The notes under the pieces are model-generated. The model was not told the origin of the DNA. It worked only from the letters and a program-made list of their open reading frames with translations, and did not search any database. Source: an uncultured bacterium (GTDB taxonomy: Bacteria > Planctomycetota > UBA1135 > JAKEFM01). From it: 35,507 nucleotides of DNA. Position numbers and translations under genes: made by a program. Each line of letters begins with the position of its first letter. Within the stretch, counting starts at the first letter, position 1. Shown piece by piece: positions 30,274 to 35,507 of this stretch. The stretch spans positions 1 to 35,507 of the forward strand of contig CBRGOK010000001.1 of assembly GCA_967798035.1 (NCBI GenBank), read 5' to 3'.

Positions 30274-32019
30274 ATGAGGCTGCGCGCGCTTCGTCCCGCC
30301 CTTCTCGCCTCCGCCCTCCTTTCCGCCTCCTCCCCCGCCCAGACCCTCGTCTGGTCGCAGGACGGCGAGGCGCAGGACGACCGGTTCGGGATCTCCGTCT
30401 CGGGAGGGGCGGATCTCGACGGGGACGGCTTCGACGACGCCGTCGTCGGATCCTGGCGCCACGACGGCCCCGCGGGGATCGACGCGGGGAAGGCGTACGT
30501 CTACTCCCCGCAGAGCCTCGCGCAGCTCTGGATCTTCGACGGGGAGGCGGCGGCCGACGAATGCGGGTACGCGGTGGCCGTCGCCGGGGACGTGAACGGC
30601 GACGGGACCGCCGACGTGATCGTCGGCGCGCCGCTCCACAACGCGGCGAGCGGCGTCGACGCCGGCAAGGCCTACGTCCTCTCGGGCCCGGACGGGACCC
30701 TCCTCCTCAGCGTCACGGGGGAGGCGGTCGGGGACCGGTTCGGATTCTCGGTATCGGGCGCGGGGGACGTGAACGGGGACGGGAGGGCCGACGTGATCGT
30801 CGGGGCCGACCGGTGGAACGCCCCGGGCGCGCTCGACGCCGGCAAGGCCTACGTCTACGCGCTCCCCGCCGCCGCCACCGCGCCCCTCCTCCTCTATTCC
30901 TGGACCGGGCTCGCGCAGCAGGACAACTTCGGGGCGGCGGTGGCAGGCGCGGGAGACGCGAACGGCGACGGCCGCTCCGACCTCGTCGTGGGGGCGTGGC
31001 GGTTCGACCCCCCGAGCGGAACGAACGCCGGCCGCGTGGCCGTCTTCTCGGGACTCACCGGCGCCCCCCTCTTCACGTTCGACGGGGAGTCCCCCGCCGC
31101 GGCCTTCGGCGCGGCGGTGGCGGGGCCCGGGGACACGGACGGCGACGGGCGGGCCGACATCCTCGTCGGGGCGTGGGGGCAGGCGAGCGGCGGCGGGACG
31201 TTCGCCGGGCGCGTCTACCTCTACTCCGGCCTGACCGGCGCCCTCCTCACGACCGCGGACGGACTCGCTCCGGGCGACGCCCTCGGCACCTCCGTCTCGG
31301 CGGCCGGCGACGTCGACGGCGACGGATTCGCCGACTACGCCGCGGGCGCCCCCTCCCAGAACGGGCAGACTGGCCGCATCTACGTGTTCCGCGGCGGCCC
31401 GGCCCCCATCCCCCCCCCGCCCCTCCTCTTCGAGCAGGGGGGCGAGGCCCTCGCCGACTTCTTCGGAACCGGGCTCGGCCCCGGCGGGGACATGGACGGG
31501 GACGGCTTCGGGGAGGTCTCCGTCGGCGCGCACTTCCACGACGTCGGCACCGGGGACGTCGGGAAGGCCTACGCCTATTCGGGCGTCCCGCCCGGCATCG
31601 ACTCGTTCGGCTCGGGATGCCCCGGGTCCCTCGGCGCCGCGCCGCGGATCGGCGTCACGGGGATCCCCTTCGTCGGGGCGACCTTCGAGGTCCATCTCTC
31701 GAGGACCCTGCCCGGCACCTTCGCCCTCCTCCTCCTCGGGGCGTCGAACGCGTCCCTCCCGGGGGGCCTCCCCCTCCCCCTCAACCTCGGCTTCCTCGGG
31801 ATGCCCGCCTGCAACCTCCTCGTCTCCCTCGACGCGATGCTCCCGGCGGCGACGAGCGGACCGGGGCCGGGCGCCGGCCGCGTCTCGTTCCCCTTCGCCA
31901 TCCCGCCCGATCCCCTCCTCGTGGGCGGGGTCGCCTACGTCCAGTGGTACATCGTCGATCCGGGTCCGGCCCCTCTCCCGGGGGCGATGACGCGCGCGCT
32001 CGCCGTGACGCTGCAATAG
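30274..32019 (+). CDS. Secreted integrin-alpha-like 7-bladed FG-GAP beta-propeller + shared C-terminal module
   Basis: Signal: MRLRALRPALLASALLSASSPAQ. Seven FG-GAP blades, each with a Ca-loop: DLDGDGFDD, DVNGDGTAD, DVNGDGRAD, DANGDGRSD, DTDGDGRAD, DVDGDGFAD, DMDGDGFGE. Recurrent GKAYVY/GRVYLY strands. A C-terminal domain of about 140 aa follows. Confidence 0.9.
   Translation: MRLRALRPALLASALLSASSPAQTLVWSQDGEAQDDRFGISVSGGADLDGDGFDDAVVGSWRHDGPAGIDAGKAYVYSPQSLAQLWIFDGEAAADECGYAVAVAGDVNGDGTADVIVGAPLHNAASGVDAGKAYVLSGPDGTLLLSVTGEAVGDRFGFSVSGAGDVNGDGRADVIVGADRWNAPGALDAGKAYVYALPAAATAPLLLYSWTGLAQQDNFGAAVAGAGDANGDGRSDLVVGAWRFDPPSGTNAGRVAVFSGLTGAPLFTFDGESPAAAFGAAVAGPGDTDGDGRADILVGAWGQASGGGTFAGRVYLYSGLTGALLTTADGLAPGDALGTSVSAAGDVDGDGFADYAAGAPSQNGQTGRIYVFRGGPAPIPPPPLLFEQGGEALADFFGTGLGPGGDMDGDGFGEVSVGAHFHDVGTGDVGKAYAYSGVPPGIDSFGSGCPGSLGAAPRIGVTGIPFVGATFEVHLSRTLPGTFALLLLGASNASLPGGLPLPLNLGFLGMPACNLLVSLDAMLPAATSGPGPGAGRVSFPFAIPPDPLLVGGVAYVQWYIVDPGPAPLPGAMTRALAVTLQ
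30583..30678 (+). repeat. Intragenic direct repeat copy A (FG-GAP blade 2)
   Basis: Aligns at a 177-nt offset with 30760-30855. The first roughly 45 nt match about 88%, and a 23-nt identical block (tcgacgccggcaaggcctacgtc) follows. Confidence 0.7.
30760..30855 (+). repeat. Intragenic direct repeat copy B (FG-GAP blade 3)
   Basis: See copy A. The period is 177 nt, or 59 codons. Confidence 0.7.
31420..31428 (+). repeat. C9 homopolymer inside the FG-GAP CDS (ATC CCC CCC CCG)
   Basis: Counted directly. It encodes IPPP in the linker between blades 6 and 7. Confidence 0.9.
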
Positions 32020-32045
32020 GACGCGGCGGATTCACGGCGGCTCGC

Positions 32046-32051
32046 TAGAAT
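32046..32051 (+). promoter_or_regulatory. -10-like hexamer TAGAAT
   Basis: An AT island 61 nt upstream of the ATG at 32113. A strong GGAGG sits at 32103-32107. Confidence 0.3.
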
Positions 32052-32112
32052 CGGCTCCCGTGATGCGGGCCCCTCCCCGGGCCCGACCGAAGGCCCGAAT
32101 CCGGAGGTTTCC

Positions 32113-33501
32113 ATGCGCCTCGCCTCTCTCCTCGGCTCCGCCCTCGTCCTCTGCGGAGCCGTCTCCCGCGCGTCGGCGGTCGACATCTGGGTCGACGCCG
32201 CGACCGGCAACGACGCCAATCCCGGGACCCTCGCCCTCCCTCTCCTGTCGATCACGGCGGCGGCGACCATCGCCGCCCCGGGAGACCGGATCCTCGTGCG
32301 GCCCGGGACCTACGACCCGGGGACGACGGGGGAGATCTTCCCGATCAACATCGGGCTCCCTGGAGGGGTCGCGGTCCCGCAGCAGAGCGTCCAGATCCTC
32401 GGCGTCGGGGGCGCCGCCGCGACGATCGTCGACGGCGCCGGGGCGAGCACGTCGGTCGCGGGGATGATCTCCTTCCGCGCGCTCGGGAGCGGGGGCCGGC
32501 TCTCCGGGTTCACGCTCCGCAACCACAACGGCGGGTTCGGCGTCGTCCGGATCGGGAGCATCACCGCCGGGTCGAGCTTCCAGACGACGAACATCGAGAT
32601 CGACCACTGCGTCGTCGAGACGGGCGCGGGATTCTCCGCCTACGGGATCGCGACCTTCGGGCCGGCGGGCGGGCTCCGGATCCACGACAACCTGATCCAG
32701 GGCGCGACCGACGCGAACCTCTGGATCTCGGACATCACGACGGGGAGCCCCGGGGGCGGCGACGTCTACAACAACACGATCGTCGACGGCCTGAACGGGA
32801 TCCGGGTCCAGGGGGGGAACTGGAACGTCTTCAACAACATCGTCGCGAACCACTCGAACTTCGGGATCTTCGATTTCGGGATCGCGCCCCCGGCGCTCCT
32901 GAACCTCCTCAACGACTCCAACTGCGTCTTCGGGAACGCGACCGACTACTCCGCGATCGCCCCGGGGCCGAACGATGTCTCCGTCGACCCGCTGTTCGTG
33001 AACCCGGTCCCCCCGGGCGACCACCATCTCCTGGCGACCTCCCCTCTCGTCGACGCGGGGACCTCGATCGTGCCCCCCTTCCTCGACTCGGACGGCGACG
33101 GCGACCCCCGGTTCATCGATTCGGACAACGACGCCTTCGCGGTCCCGGAGATCGGCTACGACGAGGTGACCGACGTCCGGCTCCTCCTCAACGGGACCTT
33201 CGGGCAAGGGCAGACCTTCTCCCTCGACGTGGCGGCGCCCGCGGGCCGGTTCGTCGCCTACTTCTTCTCGCTGGGCCCCCTCAACTTCGTCCTCCAGCCC
33301 TTCGGGAACGTGCTGATCGACCCGACGATCCTGATCCAGTTCTTCCCCTCCGGGATCACGCCGGCGGCGGCGACCCCTCCCATCCCGATCCCGGTCCTCC
33401 CGGTCCTCGACGGCGCGTTCGTCCACATGCAGGCGGCGGTCTTCGACGTCGCGAGCCCCCCCCTCGCCAAGGTGACGAACAAGATCGTCGGGGCGCTGTA
33501 G
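32113..33501 (+). CDS. Secreted right-handed parallel beta-helix (pectate-lyase-fold/DUF1565-like) protein + shared C-terminal module
   Basis: Signal: MRLASLLGSALVLCGAVSRASA. N-terminus: IWVDAATGNDANPGTLALPLLSI...APGDRILVRPGTY. Repeated rungs: HCVVE, IHDNLI, VYNNTIV, VFNNIVAN. D-rich loop DSDGDGDPRFIDSDND, then a roughly 108-aa tail. Confidence 0.8.
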   Translation: MRLASLLGSALVLCGAVSRASAVDIWVDAATGNDANPGTLALPLLSITAAATIAAPGDRILVRPGTYDPGTTGEIFPINIGLPGGVAVPQQSVQILGVGGAAATIVDGAGASTSVAGMISFRALGSGGRLSGFTLRNHNGGFGVVRIGSITAGSSFQTTNIEIDHCVVETGAGFSAYGIATFGPAGGLRIHDNLIQGATDANLWISDITTGSPGGGDVYNNTIVDGLNGIRVQGGNWNVFNNIVANHSNFGIFDFGIAPPALLNLLNDSNCVFGNATDYSAIAPGPNDVSVDPLFVNPVPPGDHHLLATSPLVDAGTSIVPPFLDSDGDGDPRFIDSDNDAFAVPEIGYDEVTDVRLLLNGTFGQGQTFSLDVAAPAGRFVAYFFSLGPLNFVLQPFGNVLIDPTILIQFFPSGITPAAATPPIPIPVLPVLDGAFVHMQAAVFDVASPPLAKVTNKIVGAL

Positions 33502-33519
33502 GAGGCTCCCCCGCTACAG
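33496..33519. terminator. Inverted repeat spanning the 12-nt convergent gap; both stop codons lie in the stems
   Basis: ctgtag (33496-33501, contains TAG) pairs with ctacag (33514-33519, contains the complement of TAG). The loop is 12 nt. Confidence 0.35.
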
Positions 33520-35507
33520 GACGCGCGCGGAGAGGACGACCATCGTCTTCCCCGCCCACTGGAGGCGCTTCTGGAGCGCGAAGGCGGTCTCGTTGTGGAG
33601 GATCCGCTGGTACCACTTCTCGCGCTGGAAGATGACCTTCCCCCCGAAGAAAGTCGTCTGCGGGAAGTCCTTCGCGACCGCCAGCGAGAGCCGCTCGACC
33701 TCCGCCACGGCGTCGGTGCCGATCGCCGTCCGGTAGGTCGCCGGGACGCCCAGGGCGCGCGCGACCTCGACGTACTTCTTCGCGGTCTCTTCCGTCCGCT
33801 TCCGGAGCGACCCGATCGCCTCCTCCCCCTTGAAGACGCCCGAGTCGATCACGCCGACGGTGAGGAAGACGAGGTTCTTGAAGTGGTTGGGGAAGGCGCG
33901 GAAGACGTTGAGGGTGGTGTGGATCCCCAGGCCGCCGTAGGAGCCGACGAGGACGGCCGCGGTCGGCGCGCTCGGATCGAGCGCCCCCGGCTTCTCCGCG
34001 GGCACGAGGGGGAGGGTCCCGAGGTCGGCGTAGAGCCGCGCGAGCTTGGCGGCGACGACCCGGTAGTGGCGGCGGATCAGGAAGCAGAGGGAGACGACCG
34101 ACCCCGTGAGGAGGAGCGTCACCCATCCCCCCGCCCGGAACTTGAGGACGACCGTCGAGACGAGGATCGTCGCGCACAGGGCGAAGCCGACGCCGAAGAG
34201 GGCGGCGCGGCGCTTCCACTGGACGTCCCGGCGCCGGTTGCGCAGCCGCCAGAGCGTCATCCCGAGCATGGAGAGGGAGAAGGTGAGGAAGACGTTGATG
34301 CTGTACATCACGACGAGGTGACCGACCGCGCCTCCCGTGTAGAAGAGCGCGGCGAGGGAGGCCCCCCCCATGAGGAGGACGCCGTTCTGCGTCGTCAGGC
34401 GGTCGGAGAGGGCCGAGAAGCGGTGGGGCATCCAGGAGTCGACCGCCATGTTGGCGAGCACGCGCGGACCGTCGAGGAATCCGGCCTGCGCGGCGACGAC
34501 GAGGAGGGAGGCCTCGGAGAGGAGGGTGAGGACGACGAGGACCCCCCCTCCCGGGAGGGGGGCGGCGAGGCGCTCGACGAGGACGGCGTTCATCGTCTTC
34601 CCCGGGACCGGGGCGACGTTCCAGAGGAGGTAGCAGAGGAGGAGCCCCGTCGCCGTGAACGCGAGGGACGAGGCCATGTAGATCATCGTCCGCTTCGCCG
34701 TCCGGGCGCGCGGCCGGCGCATGAGGGGGAGGCCGTTCGAGACCGCCTCGATCCCCGTGTAGGTCCCTCCCCCGAGCGAGTAGGCCCGCAGCAGGAGGAG
34801 GAGGACGCCCCCGGCGCCGAGCGTCGAGAGCCCCTCCCGGCATCCCCCGGCGAGCGAGCGCGCCGTCGCGGGGAACGCGGGGGCGTGCGCGACGATCCCG
34901 CCGAGGATCAGGACGACGTGGGTGGCGACGAAGAGGAGGAAGATCGGGGCGAGGGTGAGGACCGACTCGCGGACGCCGCGGAGATTGAGGGTCGTCAGAC
35001 CCGCGAGGAGGAGGACCTCGACCGGGAGCTTCAACGACTGCGCGTGGGGCGGGAGGAAACTGAAGAGCGCGTCGCCCGCGGCGGCGACCGAGACGGTGAT
35101 CGTCAGGACGTAGTCGATGAGGAGGGCGCACCCCGAGACGACGCCCGCCCGCTCCCCGAGGAGCTTCGTCGCGACGACGTAGCCTCCGCCGCCGTGGGGG
35201 AACTGCTCGATGATCCGGCTGTAGGCGGCTGAGATGAGGAACACGGTCCCCGCCATCAGGAAGGCGAGCGGGAGGGCGAGGAAGGTGTGCCCTCCGAGGG
35301 TCCGGAAGGCCTCGTCCGGGCCGTAGGCGGAGGAGGAGAGCCCGTCCGCCCCGAGGCCCACCCAGGCGAGGAGGGGAACCAGGGCGAGGCGGTGGAAGAG
35401 GGTCCGGTCCTCGAGGTTCCTCGGGGCGCCGATCACGAGGCGCCGGAGCCGACGGCCGAGCGGTTCCTCCTCCTCGGGGGGAGAGGAAGGCGGGGGTGCC
35501 TCCTGGA
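33514..35507 (-). CDS. APC-superfamily amino-acid/cation permease with cytoplasmic C-terminal domain (5' end probably outside the window)
   Basis: Polytopic 640-aa ORF with SSSAYGPDE, FPHGGGGYVV, YSLGGGTYTGIEAVSNG and a soluble C-terminal domain of about 170 aa. The first in-window start is the GTG at 35436, but the frame stays open to 35505 (QEAPPPSSPPEEEEPLGRRLRRL...) with no start codon. The true start may therefore lie beyond the window. Confidence 0.8.
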   Translation of the reverse strand, partial: QEAPPPSSPPEEEEPLGRRLRRLVIGAPRNLEDRTLFHRLALVPLLAWVGLGADGLSSSAYGPDEAFRTLGGHTFLALPLAFLMAGTVFLISAAYSRIIEQFPHGGGGYVVATKLLGERAGVVSGCALLIDYVLTITVSVAAAGDALFSFLPPHAQSLKLPVEVLLLAGLTTLNLRGVRESVLTLAPIFLLFVATHVVLILGGIVAHAPAFPATARSLAGGCREGLSTLGAGGVLLLLLRAYSLGGGTYTGIEAVSNGLPLMRRPRARTAKRTMIYMASSLAFTATGLLLCYLLWNVAPVPGKTMNAVLVERLAAPLPGGGVLVVLTLLSEASLLVVAAQAGFLDGPRVLANMAVDSWMPHRFSALSDRLTTQNGVLLMGGASLAALFYTGGAVGHLVVMYSINVFLTFSLSMLGMTLWRLRNRRRDVQWKRRAALFGVGFALCATILVSTVVLKFRAGGWVTLLLTGSVVSLCFLIRRHYRVVAAKLARLYADLGTLPLVPAEKPGALDPSAPTAAVLVGSYGGLGIHTTLNVFRAFPNHFKNLVFLTVGVIDSGVFKGEEAIGSLRKRTEETAKKYVEVARALGVPATYRTAIGTDAVAEVERLSLAVAKDFPQTTFFGGKVIFQREKWYQRILHNETAFALQKRLQWAGKTMVVLSARVL

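Noticed and set aside
27526-32016. 1496-aa minus-strand ORF spanning four plus-strand genes.
   Set aside because: The translation is overwhelmingly R/G/P/E/D-rich with no recognisable motifs. It runs antisense to four well-supported plus-strand genes that have signal peptides, SD sites and domain motifs. This is the classic long open frame produced by high GC3 on the opposite strand.
1-35507. Search by eye for CRISPR arrays, IS elements or transposases, integrases, tRNA/rRNA genes, toxin-antitoxin pairs and known defence-system genes.
   Set aside because: No regularly spaced direct repeats, terminal inverted repeats, DDE or tyrosine-recombinase-like translations, or structured RNA genes were found. 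The window reads as core chromosome with tight gene packing and uniform composition.

Overview
This is a very GC-rich, densely packed bacterial chromosomal segment. Third codon positions are almost all G/C, so all six frames carry long spurious R/P/G-rich ORFs. Real genes were picked by protein plausibility, motifs, Shine-Dalgarno sites and stop/start coupling. I support 27 CDS and found no rRNA, tRNA, CRISPR array, transposase or integrase.

Layout, left to right:
1. A partial MoxR ATPase coupled to a HAD hydrolase, then a TPR protein and a tandem-ACT protein.
2. A divergent envelope-glycan locus. A membrane-anchored sulfatase-like enzyme and a CRTAC1-like FG-GAP/ASPIC protein lie on the minus strand. 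GT1, a Wzx-like flippase, GT2 and a GT-C enzyme lie on the plus strand, all joined by 4-nt overlaps. A DUF4097-like lipoprotein and xthA follow.
3. A minus-strand block: FAD oxidoreductase, PLP-dependent threonine/serine dehydratase, DmpA-type aminopeptidase, a lipase-maturation-factor (LMF) membrane protein coupled to an 808-aa GKRP/MurQ-like double-SIS protein, and an RraA-family protein.
4. A plus-strand exported-protein island: GH3+PA14 glucosidase, a multidomain MurNAc-L-Ala amidase-like protein, HAD, a hypothetical protein, a CarboxypepD_reg membrane protein, a 7-blade integrin-like FG-GAP propeller and a beta-helix protein.
5. A partial APC permease.

The best candidates for something undescribed are:
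- Three unrelated exported proteins in the island end in the same roughly 110-aa C-terminal module, and the island also holds the window's three longest homopolymer tracts.
- The translationally coupled LMF and GKRP-like pair.
- An untracked 47-aa CxxCxGxG zinc-finger ORF.

All functional calls are motif-level inferences from reading the translations. No database search was run.
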